Assembly (NCBI GenBank): GCA_001803235.1
Contig: MHBL01000458.1
Coordinates: 23,972-87,971, forward strand
Source: Lentisphaerae bacterium RIFOXYA12_64_32
GTDB lineage: Bacteria; Verrucomicrobiota; Lentisphaeria; Oligosphaerales; YB12-FULL-65-16
Length of the DNA: 64,000 bases
Reading direction: 5' to 3'
Part shown: in pieces, positions 53,110 to 61,922 of the stretch
How positions within the stretch are numbered: the first letter of the stretch is position 1
Layout of the letters: every line of letters starts with the position of its first letter
The notes under the pieces: model-generated
Databases searched by the model: none
The model's input: only the letters and a program-made list of their open reading frames with translations
Told to the model about the DNA's origin: nothing
Made by a program: the position numbers and the translations under genes

Positions 53110-53733
53110 TCAGCGCGCGTCGCTGGACGGGGTGTCCTTCAGGAACAGGCTGGCCAGGCGGTGCCCTTCGACGTCGCGGCGGAGTTGCTCCAGGGATGCC
53201 TGCTGCTTCGAGGTGATGGACGCGGGCAGGCGGTTCGTTGCCATCACATGTCCGTCGGCGAAGAGGATATTGTAGCCCTGCGGGTGCGGCGGCGGGACCT
53301 TTTTCGAGACGCAGTTGACTTCGATCAGCAGCCACGCCTTGCTGGGGTTCGGCAGCGACTGGCGGCCGGCAAAACTGTCGTTGTAGACGAACGTCATGCC
53401 CCGCTGTTTGAGCGAGTCGGGCGCTGCCGGGCAGATCCACATCTCCTTCGGGATGCCGGCCCCCGAGTTCTCCAGGATTTTGCAGATGCTCTTCGGGTCC
53501 TCGAACGGCTTGTCCGGGTAGAACACGGCGTCGGGAAATTTGTTCTCGCCCGTCTGGTAGGCGGTGATGGACACGCCAATCTGCTGGAGGTTGCTTCCGC
53601 ACTCGATCTGATGGGCTTTCTGCTGGGCTTTTGCGTACTGAGCCGCGGGGATGCTGGTGACAATGGCGGTGACGGCCATGAGCTCAATGAGGGAGAAGGC
53701 CAGAAGCCACCTTTGGTCGCGCCGGTTCTTCAT
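53110..53733 (-). CDS. pseudopilin-like protein with a degenerate prepilin N-terminus and an H-X9-DG motif
   Basis: This lies in the 53110..54207 ORF. ATG 53733 gives MKNRRDQRWLLAFSLIELMAVTAIVTS... The C-terminal HPQGYNILFADGHV is the H-X9-DG motif. Its start overlaps the kinase stop (ATGA at 53730-53733). Confidence 0.75.
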   Translation of the reverse strand: MKNRRDQRWLLAFSLIELMAVTAIVTSIPAAQYAKAQQKAHQIECGSNLQQIGVSITAYQTGENKFPDAVFYPDKPFEDPKSICKILENSGAGIPKEMWICPAAPDSLKQRGMTFVYNDSFAGRQSLPNPSKAWLLIEVNCVSKKVPPPHPQGYNILFADGHVMATNRLPASITSKQQASLEQLRRDVEGHRLASLFLKDTPSSDAR

Positions 53734-55613
53734 GGGTGTGTGCTTCCTTCGGGGGACGGTGTTTGAGAAGGCGAGTTCTTGTCGTCTATCTCCAAGTAGT
53801 AATATAACCACGGTAACGCGTTTCGGGCAGGTTCGCGGGCAGAATTCCGCCACGCCTGCCGCTTTGAGTCGTCGCCGGTTCCGATTGAAGCGACCCAGAA
53901 CCCGAGGGCTCGGAACACGGACATCTGGCGCGGCGCGCCTTCGGCCAGTGTTTCCGGCGGAATGTCGCCCAGTGCACCGGCCGCGAGCCATCCCGCCCCC
54001 GTGTCCGTGCCGGCGTCGCGTGTCAAGGCCAGCCACTGGGACTTGGCCTCCGTCGTGTCGCCCGCCATGGAGCACGCGACACCGGTTTCGAACTGCAGCA
54101 TGTGCCTGCGGGCCGTCCCCAGGCTTGGTGCGGCACTCAGCGCCTGGAATTCGCCGCGGGCGCGTTGCGGGTTGCCTTCCGCCAGAGCCAGACGGGCCAA
54201 TTCCCACCGTGCCGTAAGGTTCAGGCCGTCCCGTGAATCGGCGTACTCCGGGTCCGTGGCATATCGCTGCAACTCCTGGAGTTTGGCATGGGCGCCGGGC
54301 AGGTCGCGCTGGTCAACGATCAATCGGTGGGCTTCCTGCAGCAACCGTTCTTCGGAACTCAGTTCCGGGGCATCGCCAGCCATCTGCCGTTTCATCGAAT
54401 CCAGTTCTCGGGCATTGCTCGTCGCCTGTGCGCCCGGCACGATGAGAGCGGCACGCTCCTCGATGATCTGCTTCCTGAAATGCCGCCAGGTTCCGACGAA
54501 GGCGACCACGGCGATCAGGGCGATGGCCGCGGCGATCTTGTGACGGAAAATGATCCGGTCCATGCGTTCGAACACCGTGGGCACATGGACGCTGACGCGC
54601 CGGCCTTCGGCGCAGGCCCTGAGATCAGCGACAACATCGGCCATGTGCTGGTAACGATCTTCCGGACGCTTCTCCAGCAACTTGAGCAGGATGGCGGCCA
54701 GACTGCGCGGGATCTCGCGGCGCAAGGCCCTGGGGTTCTTGGGTTCGACACCGCGGATGATGTCGAAGATGGCCAGGATTCCCGCCTCGGGCGGGATGTC
54801 GTACGGCAGGCGGCCGGTCAGCATTTCGTGCAGGATCAGGCCAAAACTGTAGATATCCGTCTGGTGGGTCACCTTCTTGGATGACAGCGTTTGCTCGGGG
54901 GACATGTACTTGGGCGTGCCCATGGCCACTGCGGTCAGGGTCAGGTCGTAGTGGTCATCGAACTCGAACCGCACCAGGCCAAAATCGCCCAGAAGCGGCT
55001 CGTTGAACTCGTTGATCATGACATTGGCTGGTTTCAGGTCGCGATGCACGATCCCCAGGCTGTGCGCGTACTCCAGCGCTTTGGCCACGGCCAGGCCGAT
55101 CCGCAGCGCTTCCTGCACCGGTAACCGGCCCTGGTGCAGAACGTGGGCGAGGGTGCGGCCCCCGGGGATCAATTCCATCGCGATGTAGTGGTCGAGCCCG
55201 AATCCACCGGTGTCGTAGACCGTAACAATGTGCGGATGGCGGCGGAGTCGCTTGGCCGCCTCGGCCTCACGGTGGAAGCGCTCAAGCTTCTCCGGCGGCA
55301 TTTCCGGGGACTCGTGCATGACCTTCAGTGCTACCGGCGCGCCATCGGCATCCACGGCTTCGTACACCAGCGCCATGCCGCCTTTGCCCAGAAAATGAGT
55401 GATCTGGTACGGCCCCAGCCGTTCGTGGAGTCGGAGGGAAGCCGGAGGCGCGGCTGGTGCTGCGTCCTGGCCCGCGACCGGGGCAGCGGGTGGCGGCGCT
55501 GCGGAGGCATTGGCGCCGGCCCCGGGACGGCGGGGCGCCAAGTCCGTAGGGGGCAATGCCTCCATCTCGCGGGTGGTCTTGAATGTTTTGCGGTGGTCGC
55601 CGTTGTTGTCCAT
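53730..55613 (-). CDS. membrane Ser/Thr protein kinase with an extracytoplasmic helical-repeat (TPR-like) domain
   Basis: The Hanks kinase blocks are GKGGMALVYEA, VALKVM, HRDLKPANVMI, DFGLVR and GTPKYMSPEQ. A TM (IAAAIALIAVVAFVGTW) and a helical-repeat C-terminus follow. The ATG at 55613 (MDNNGDHRK) is preferred; 55631 is possible. Confidence 0.85.
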   Translation of the reverse strand: MDNNGDHRKTFKTTREMEALPPTDLAPRRPGAGANASAAPPPAAPVAGQDAAPAAPPASLRLHERLGPYQITHFLGKGGMALVYEAVDADGAPVALKVMHESPEMPPEKLERFHREAEAAKRLRRHPHIVTVYDTGGFGLDHYIAMELIPGGRTLAHVLHQGRLPVQEALRIGLAVAKALEYAHSLGIVHRDLKPANVMINEFNEPLLGDFGLVRFEFDDHYDLTLTAVAMGTPKYMSPEQTLSSKKVTHQTDIYSFGLILHEMLTGRLPYDIPPEAGILAIFDIIRGVEPKNPRALRREIPRSLAAILLKLLEKRPEDRYQHMADVVADLRACAEGRRVSVHVPTVFERMDRIIFRHKIAAAIALIAVVAFVGTWRHFRKQIIEERAALIVPGAQATSNARELDSMKRQMAGDAPELSSEERLLQEAHRLIVDQRDLPGAHAKLQELQRYATDPEYADSRDGLNLTARWELARLALAEGNPQRARGEFQALSAAPSLGTARRHMLQFETGVACSMAGDTTEAKSQWLALTRDAGTDTGAGWLAAGALGDIPPETLAEGAPRQMSVFRALGFWVASIGTGDDSKRQAWRNSAREPARNALPWLYYYLEIDDKNSPSQTPSPEGSTHP

Positions 55614-55733
55614 ACAGGCTCCGCCTCTCAATCGTCATCCTCTCGTATTATACGCCGGATGACGCACCGGTCGCAAGGTGCAAGGCGGACCGTGGCGCGG
55701 GCACGGGGAAAGACAAGGCCGGCATCGACGGGG

Positions 55734-55931
55734 TCACGAAGCTTTGTTCTTCGTGGACTCCGCCGGGATCGTTGCCTCGTCCACGAGCATGATGGGGATG
55801 TCGTCCCGGATCGGATAGTGACGTCCGCATGTGTCACAGGCCAATGCTTGTCCGTCTGTGGTGAGGCGAACCGGCGGCCGGGTCTCGCAGGCGGGACAGG
55901 CGAGTATATCGAGGAGTTCCTTGCTGATCAT
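55734..55931 (-). CDS. Trm112/UPF0434 family small zinc-ribbon-like protein
   Basis: MISKELLDILACPACETRPPVRL...LACDTCGRHYPIRDDIPIMLVDEA matches the Trm112p/YcaR pattern. The ATG is at 55931. Confidence 0.75.
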   Translation of the reverse strand: MISKELLDILACPACETRPPVRLTTDGQALACDTCGRHYPIRDDIPIMLVDEATIPAESTKNKAS

Positions 55932-56393
55932 GGCGTCACCCCATTTTCTCTGTCGCAAGCGGCACTTGCCTGCGATACCTCTCTACCGTGCGTTGCCGCG
56001 GACGTCAACGACAGCCATAGCGACAACTCATCCGGGCCCGCGTGCGGCAGGTGTCCCTCGCCCGGTGTCCGGCGTCGGCTGGTGTCCGGTGTGAGATGAT
56101 CCTTCCGTGCCGGGGCGGCGGAGAGTTGCCCGCCTTGTGCCATACTATAGCCCGACAAAGCGATCCCGGTTGAGTGTTGTGTGCGCAAACGGCGCCGGGC
56201 CGGTCTGCCGGCGTCCGCGCTGGTCGTGATGCGTCAGTGGCGGGTGCCGCTTCCGTCCGAGCCGCGCGTGTGAACAAGCGGCCTCCCAGAGACCGCTCCC
56301 TCATCCCGCCCGTCGGGTGGGACGGCTCGGATGCCCGTTGCGGTGCGTTTCCCACCTGCGACTGACGCAGCACCCCTGGTCTCTCTGTTGCAC

Positions 56394-56473
56394 TTGACAG
56401 AGCAAACGATTGCGTATATTGTATCAACATTTGTGTATGTTTGTATCTTGAATGTCTAAAGATAACGTTTGCT
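56394..56473 (+). promoter_or_regulatory. candidate sigma70 promoter with two LacI-type half-palindromic sites upstream of the Gfo/Idh/MocA gene
   Basis: TTGACA (56394-56399), a 17-nt spacer and TATTGT (56417-56422); alternatively a 15-nt spacer and TATATT. GCAAACGATTGC (56402-56413, 10/12 symmetric) lies in the spacer. GATAACGTTTGC (56461-56472) lies downstream. The region is AT-rich in an otherwise GC-rich locus. Confidence 0.35.
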
Positions 56474-56549
56474 CGAAATCTTTCAGGTCGGGTGAGGCAG
56501 AACCGTCTGCGGGCGCCCGGGAAACAGGCAGAAGAAAGGCGGCAGGTTC

Positions 56550-57884
56550 ATGAGAGCGAAGTACGTTGTGGTCGGGACAGGCGGTCGGTCGTGGATGTAT
56601 ACGCATGCTCTGATTTCGGATTTCAAGGATGTGGCGGAACTGACGGCGTTCTGCGACTCGAACCAAGCGCGAATGGACTTCAACAACAAGCTGATTCAGC
56701 AGTGCGGGCACCCGGCGGTGCCGACGTACCGGGCACACGAATTCGACCGCATGATTGCGGAACAGAAGCCGGACAAGGTGATTGTAACCAGCATGGACCG
56801 GACGCATCACCGATATATCTGTCGGGCGATGGAACTGGGTTGTGACGCGATCACGGAGAAGCCGATGACGGTCGACGCGGAGAAGTGCCAGCAGATCGTC
56901 GACACGGTGAAACGGACCGGCCGGGGGTTGACGGTGACGTTCAACTATCGGTACTCACCCCGCAACACTAAGGTGAAGGAAGTCCTGAAGTCCGGCATGG
57001 TGGGAGACATTCTGAGTGTGCACTTCGAGTGGCTGCTGGACACGTCGCACGGCGCCGACTACTTCCGGCGCTGGCACCGCGACAAGCGCAACAGCGGCGG
57101 GCTGTTGGTGCACAAGGCCACGCACCATTTCGACCTGATGAACTGGTGGCTCGACAGTACCCCGGAACTGGTCTTCTGCCTCGGCGATCTGCGGTTTTAC
57201 GGCAAGGAGAACGCGGAACGGCGCGGCGTGACTGATTTTTACTCGCGCGCCCGCGGGTCTGCCGTCGCCGCCAAGGACCCCTACGCGCTGAAGGTCAGCG
57301 ACAAGGACGAACGGTTGCGCGGGTTGTACTACGACGCGGAAAAGGAGGACGGTTACTTCCGCGATCAGAGTGTGTTCGGTGACGGTATTTCGATCGAGGA
57401 CACCATGGGTGTGATGGTGCGCTATCGGAACAAGGCGGTCATGACCTACTCGCTGAATGCGCACTGTCCCTGGGAGGGGTACCGTGCCTGCTTCAACGGC
57501 ACCCGCGGCCGACTCGAGTTCAACGTCGTGGAAACGTCATACGTCAGCGGTGCCCACGAGGACTTCAACATGCCGGGGATGCGCGAACTGGAGGGCCGGC
57601 GGGACGCCATGGTTCCGCAGATCCTGTTCCAACCGCACTGGGGCAAGGCTCAGGTGATCGAGTATGACCAGAAGGACGTGGGCGGTCACGGCGGCGGTGA
57701 TGTACGCCTGCTGAACGACATCCTTCGCGGCGTGCAGGACAACTCTCTCGGCCACGCGGCCGGCTACCTGGACGGAGCCAAGTCGATCTTGACGGGGATT
57801 GCGGCGAACGAATCGATCAAGACGGGGCTGCCGGTGCGGGTGTCCTCTTTGGTCGATCTGCCGGAGCTGTTTGCGCGGCGGTGA
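56550..57884 (+). CDS. Gfo/Idh/MocA family oxidoreductase
   Basis: It has the N-terminal Rossmann YVVVGTGGRS, then CDAITEKPM, and a C-terminal alpha/beta domain with GLLVHKATHHFDLMNWWL. Confidence 0.8.
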   Translation: MRAKYVVVGTGGRSWMYTHALISDFKDVAELTAFCDSNQARMDFNNKLIQQCGHPAVPTYRAHEFDRMIAEQKPDKVIVTSMDRTHHRYICRAMELGCDAITEKPMTVDAEKCQQIVDTVKRTGRGLTVTFNYRYSPRNTKVKEVLKSGMVGDILSVHFEWLLDTSHGADYFRRWHRDKRNSGGLLVHKATHHFDLMNWWLDSTPELVFCLGDLRFYGKENAERRGVTDFYSRARGSAVAAKDPYALKVSDKDERLRGLYYDAEKEDGYFRDQSVFGDGISIEDTMGVMVRYRNKAVMTYSLNAHCPWEGYRACFNGTRGRLEFNVVETSYVSGAHEDFNMPGMRELEGRRDAMVPQILFQPHWGKAQVIEYDQKDVGGHGGGDVRLLNDILRGVQDNSLGHAAGYLDGAKSILTGIAANESIKTGLPVRVSSLVDLPELFARR

Positions 57885-57990
57885 AGCGTGTCCTGGCGCT
57901 GCATCGTGTCGCGAAGAACGCTGCGGTTCAGCGGTGGCGTATTCGCCATCCGCTGCAACCGTTTGGTCAACCCCGTACGGTTTCCGGTCC

Positions 57991-58094
57991 TTCGTCGCCC
58001 ACGTTGTCGTCCACTTGATCGATTCGCCCGGTGCGTCCCGAGCCGGCAGTCATGGAATTCAACGAACGGAGTGGACGACAAAGTGGACGACGAA
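57991..58094. repeat. 26-bp imperfect inverted repeat built from tandem 12-13-mers, with a 52-nt loop, in a convergent intergenic region
   Basis: The left arm is TTCGTCGCCCACGTTGTCGTCCACTT (57991-58016). The right arm is GAGTGGACGACAAAGTGGACGACGAA (58069-58094). 23 of 26 positions are complementary, and each arm is itself a tandem duplication of about AGTGGACGACRA. Confidence 0.7.
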
Positions 58095-58135
58095 GGTGGG
58101 GGGCTGTTGCCCACATTGCTGCCTGCACACCGAAC

Positions 58136-59191
58136 TCAATGTGTCAGGGCGTACACCAGGATGTTGGTGCCCAGGCGGGTGTAGAAGACGTGGGCGAAGT
58201 CGCTGATCTCGCGGCTGCCGTAGTAGCGGAAGATGCGCCAGCGGCCGTCGGGTTCGTTCACCCAGGCGGGGAGAGCCTGCTTTTGGCAGTAGATCACGTC
58301 CCTGGCCCCGTCTTCGCGTGCGACTTCGAACCGCGCCCCTGAGTAGGCGGCGGTCCGCAGGTAGTCCGAGAGCCCTGTCGTGCCTTCCAGGACGCGGAAG
58401 CGGATCACCGTCACCCAGTTCCCCAGCACATTCCGTCCCCAGCCCATGGCGATGATCGGGGTGACCAGCACCGCCAGGCGGCCGTTGACTTTCAGGCCCA
58501 CAGCGGAGTACGTTCCGTCGGGCCATTTCTCTTCTTCCACATACTTGCGCACGGTGTCCGGCAGGATCGATGTGTCGGGCAAGCCCTGGTAGAGGCTGCG
58601 GAAGAGGGGATGGGAACGCCGTAGCGGCTGGAAACTGCTGCCCGGAAACACGGCGGCAAAGGCGTTCTTCAACTCCGGACAGGCCTCCCACTCGGCGAAG
58701 CTGTGGTGTTGGCCGAATTCAACGTTGTCACGGAGGAACTCCGCGTTGATGCCGGCGTCGATAAACAGGAAGCCGCCGCGTTCCAGGTAGTGCCGTAAGT
58801 TGGTCTGCTCCTGTTCCGACAGCGTCCAGTCGGGGCGGTCGGCGAAGTTCGCATAGACGAAGGGGAATTGGAACAGCCGATCGTCCTCAAGCGAGTCCAG
58901 AATCACCGGCTCCGGGACCACATTCAGCGTGGTCTCTTGCCGGATGTGTTCAAGGAGGGAGGCCAGGGCTTCCCCGTAGTGCCGGCGCGCGGCGTCGCCG
59001 CCCACCAGTTGAGCCACCCGCACCTCGGCCTGCTGGACCTTGCGGATCTCACCTGACGGCATTGCCGTTCCGGAGGGCGTGGCGGCGGGGCCGTCGCCGC
59101 CGTCCGCGGAACAGGATTCCGCGGCCAGCCACAGGAGTACCGGCAGCAGGAATGCGAAGCGTCGGAAGAAGGGAATGAGGGGACTGGTCAT
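58136..59191 (-). CDS. DUF4159-like secreted/membrane-associated protein
   Basis: It has an N-terminal signal/TM (FAFLLPVLLWLAAESCSA). The block LFQFPFVYANFADRPDWTLSEQEQTNLRHYLERGGFLFIDAG matches my recollection of the DUF4159 core. Confidence 0.6.
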   Translation of the reverse strand: MTSPLIPFFRRFAFLLPVLLWLAAESCSADGGDGPAATPSGTAMPSGEIRKVQQAEVRVAQLVGGDAARRHYGEALASLLEHIRQETTLNVVPEPVILDSLEDDRLFQFPFVYANFADRPDWTLSEQEQTNLRHYLERGGFLFIDAGINAEFLRDNVEFGQHHSFAEWEACPELKNAFAAVFPGSSFQPLRRSHPLFRSLYQGLPDTSILPDTVRKYVEEEKWPDGTYSAVGLKVNGRLAVLVTPIIAMGWGRNVLGNWVTVIRFRVLEGTTGLSDYLRTAAYSGARFEVAREDGARDVIYCQKQALPAWVNEPDGRWRIFRYYGSREISDFAHVFYTRLGTNILVYALTH

Positions 59192-59267
59192 CGTCGATAC
59201 CGTGGTTGAACCCGGCAGGAAAAGAACGTCTGACCTGATTCAGACGCCGTGCCGCGGTGCGGACGCG

Positions 59268-60311
59268 CTACTTCTTCGCCGGAGCATTCTTGGCTTTCTG
59301 CTCTCTGTCGTAGTCCGCCCAGAAATCCTTCGGCGACGAAAGATCCGAGCCACCCAGGCCGATCTCTTTGATGCTGGACATGTTACGGACTGTGTCCAGC
59401 CCCTGCCTGATCTTCGTGGGGGTAAACGAGAAGGTCTTCAGATTCATGCCGGCCAAGGGGGTCAAGTTGGTGACTTCGGTGTTGTGAATGGACAGCAGTT
59501 CCAGGGGCATGCCGGTCAGGGGAGACAGGTCGCGGATGGCCGTGGAGCTGCAGTCCAGCCGCTCCAGTTGCGCTCCCCGGAGGGGCTCCAGGTTGGTGAT
59601 GTTGGTCTTGGCGCACGCCAGGCGGGCCAGAGGCATCCCGACCAAGGGTGTCAGATCGCCAATGGGATTGTAGCTGACGGCGAGACGCCGGATTCCCATC
59701 CCTTTCAAAGGGGACAGGTCCTTGATCTGGTTGGTGACACAGACGAGCAGTTCCAGGGGCATGCCGGTCAGAGGCGAGACGTCCGTGATCTTGTTGCCGC
59801 TGCAGTCCAGGGAGACGAGTGGGACTCCCATCAGGGGGCTGAGTTCAGAGATCCCCGCTTTGGTCAGTCGCGCCTTGGTTATGCGGCCGTTCTCGACGGT
59901 GAAGTCTCCATCCTCCTCGTATTCCGGATTGGCTGCCTTGATGGCGGTCTGGATTGCCATGATCTTTTTCATGCTCGGGTCCTGTATGCGGTCTTGCGGT
60001 CGGCCTTGAGCCGCCTCGCGTCGTCCGGTGATCCTGACCGTGATGATCACCACGGCGAAGAGAATCGCAAACATACCCAGGGCAGCGAGAAACACCGGCA
60101 TGGAGCTGGCCGAAGACCTTGCCTGACGTCGGCGCGCCGTGCTCCGCCCGGGCGTCAAGGGCCGGGCCGTAGGCAGTGCACGCCCGAGCGGGCGGGCGGG
60201 AAGCACCGCGGCTCCGCCCGGCGACGGACGTGCCGATACCGCACCGCTCCCCGCCTGAGTCAGCGGGCGTTTTGTGCCTATGCGGATGACTGTTTTGGGT
60301 CTGCCGGCCAT
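59268..60311 (-). CDS. single-pass membrane protein with about 8 leucine-rich repeats (about 22-aa period)
   Basis: It has a basic, disordered N-terminus and a TM (MPVFLAALGMFAILFAVVIITV). Repeats of the form LxxLxCxxTxIxDLSPLxGMP follow, for example LVSLDCSGNKITDVSPLTGMPLELLVCVTNQIKDLSPLKGM. Confidence 0.8.
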   Translation of the reverse strand: MAGRPKTVIRIGTKRPLTQAGSGAVSARPSPGGAAVLPARPLGRALPTARPLTPGRSTARRRQARSSASSMPVFLAALGMFAILFAVVIITVRITGRREAAQGRPQDRIQDPSMKKIMAIQTAIKAANPEYEEDGDFTVENGRITKARLTKAGISELSPLMGVPLVSLDCSGNKITDVSPLTGMPLELLVCVTNQIKDLSPLKGMGIRRLAVSYNPIGDLTPLVGMPLARLACAKTNITNLEPLRGAQLERLDCSSTAIRDLSPLTGMPLELLSIHNTEVTNLTPLAGMNLKTFSFTPTKIRQGLDTVRNMSSIKEIGLGGSDLSSPKDFWADYDREQKAKNAPAKK

Positions 60312-60536
60312 GAACGTGGCATTCCCAATCTAAGCTCAGTTGCTCACGACACGAAAACGACAAACCCCCCGCGCGCCGGTCCCGGCGCCAGAGAGAGAGT
60401 CACTCGATTGCACTCGCAACACCCTGATATTATACCCGCATCCCCCCCCCAAGTACAACCGGTCCGGAGATGAATCCAAACAGGTTTTTGCGGCTTAGGC
60501 CCTGAACCGCACCTGCGGACGCGCATCCAAGCGGGG

Positions 60537-60565
60537 TTGACGTGCCCCCGACCACGGGTTAAGAT
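60537..60565 (+). promoter_or_regulatory. candidate sigma70-type promoter for the FHA-cyclase gene
   Basis: TTGACG (60537-60542), a 17-nt spacer and TAAGAT (60560-65). If real, the transcription start falls after the 60568 ATG, which favours the 60646 start. Confidence 0.3.
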
Positions 60566-60645
60566 GAATGAGAACATTTTTCACGAGAACGAGCCCCGAG
60601 AACAAGCGTCCGGGGTTGGTCCCGCAGAGACAGAACGGTTCGCCT

Positions 60646-61605
60646 ATGCCGGCTACCATCCGAATCGTATCCGAGCCAGTTCCCAACGAGGAACATGAGT
60701 TTGTGTGCGGCGCCATGCTGACGATCGGGCGCAGTCGCACCAACGACGTGTTGCTCCACGATTCGAAGGTGTCCCGCACCCACGCCTTGATCCGCTGTCT
60801 GGGAGACGGCAACTACTACCTGACGGACGCGGGGAGCGCGAATGGGACGTTCGTCAACGATGCCCGCATCGTGGTGCCTCGTGCGCTGGTCAACGCGGAT
60901 CGCATTCGGGTGGGTGATCATATCATGGAGTTCATGACCGACCAGGAGGCTCCCGTCGAGGAGTCCGATGAGGAGGAAACGGGTGAGACGAAGTCCACCT
61001 TACTGACGTTCGGCTCCGTGGTACACCGGATCACGGTTCTGGTGTCTGACATCCGTGGTTACACTCTGATGTCGGAAAAGATGCCGGTTCATCGCCTCGC
61101 GGACATGCTGGGACGCTGGTTTGGGTCCTGCAGTGAGATCGTGGCCCGGCACGGGGGTGTCGTCGACAAGTTCATCGGCGACGCGGTGATGGTTCGTTGG
61201 CTCTCCGACGCGGCCGACAATGATGAGACGGTCCTGTTGGCGCTGAGGACGGCACACGCGATGAACCTAGCGTCGCAGCAGTTCAACGCGGAGTTCCCCG
61301 ACTTGCCCGGGTTGTTTCGCATCGGCGTCGGCATCAACACCGGCCAGGCGGTGGTGGGCAGTCTGGGATCGGTCCACGGTCGCGACTACACGGCCGTCGG
61401 GGATGCGGTCAACCTGGCCTTCCGGCTGGAGTCGAGCACAAAGGAACTGCGGACGGATGTCGTGCTCGGGCCGGATTCGTACAAACGGCTTCCCAAGGCG
61501 GTGTGGGAACAGAATCTGCGCTCTATTGCGGTCAAGGGCAAAGAAAAACCGGTCACGGTCTGCACCTTCAGCTTCGACCATCTCGCCATCGTGGTGCCGG
61601 AGTAG
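60646..61605 (+). CDS. FHA domain fused to a class III adenylate/guanylate cyclase catalytic domain
   Basis: The FHA blocks are LTIGRSRTNDVLLHDSKVSRTHALI...SANGTFVN. The cyclase blocks are VLVSDIRGYT, VDKFIGDAVM, GINTGQAVVG and GDAVNLAFRLES. The start at ATG 60646 (MPATIRIV) is preferred over 60568. Confidence 0.8.
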   Translation: MPATIRIVSEPVPNEEHEFVCGAMLTIGRSRTNDVLLHDSKVSRTHALIRCLGDGNYYLTDAGSANGTFVNDARIVVPRALVNADRIRVGDHIMEFMTDQEAPVEESDEEETGETKSTLLTFGSVVHRITVLVSDIRGYTLMSEKMPVHRLADMLGRWFGSCSEIVARHGGVVDKFIGDAVMVRWLSDAADNDETVLLALRTAHAMNLASQQFNAEFPDLPGLFRIGVGINTGQAVVGSLGSVHGRDYTAVGDAVNLAFRLESSTKELRTDVVLGPDSYKRLPKAVWEQNLRSIAVKGKEKPVTVCTFSFDHLAIVVPE

Positions 61606-61922
61606 GCCCTGCGGCGGGATACCTGTCCGGCTAACGCCGTTGGTTTCGTGGATCCTCGCTCTGGAGAAGTACGGCAAGGCTCCCGCGTTGCCGCACCCGA
61701 GTCGTCTCCGTGCCGGCGCGGGTTGCCCCCTACTGTCCCGGCCCCGATCGCAGTGCATCGGCGGGTTGCCGTGCCAGGTCATACACGTAGATGGTATGGC
61801 AATGCAGAGTGAAAACCCCCATATTGTTTGCGTATCTGTTTGCTTATTGCACCGTCTGGCGGTACTTTACTTGTCAGAGATGGACAGTGTGACCCAGACC
61901 GGGCAAGGTAGGAGCAAACACC

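Noticed and set aside
55932-56393. Unannotated ~460-nt GC-rich non-coding stretch as a possible ncRNA (SRP RNA, RNase P, 6S); ORFs 56005..56430 and 55134..56099
   Set aside because: I found no conserved cores such as GGAAAGUCCGG (RNase P) or the SRP domain IV GGAAG/AGCAG symmetric loop in the right context. The ORFs are Arg/Pro-rich and overlap each other. The stretch is left unexplained rather than called.
59040-60473. Plus-strand ORF 59040..60473 (477 aa)
   Set aside because: It is antisense to the LRR-protein gene, whose 22-aa periodic repeats are unmistakable. Its periodic Q/G/D pattern is simply the mirror of those repeats.
61606-61922. tRNA or tmRNA gene as the integrase attachment target
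   Set aside because: I looked for T-arm-like GGTTCRANYCC and acceptor-stem symmetry in the spacer. GGTTTCGTGGATCC at about 61645 lacks matching arms, so no tRNA is supported.
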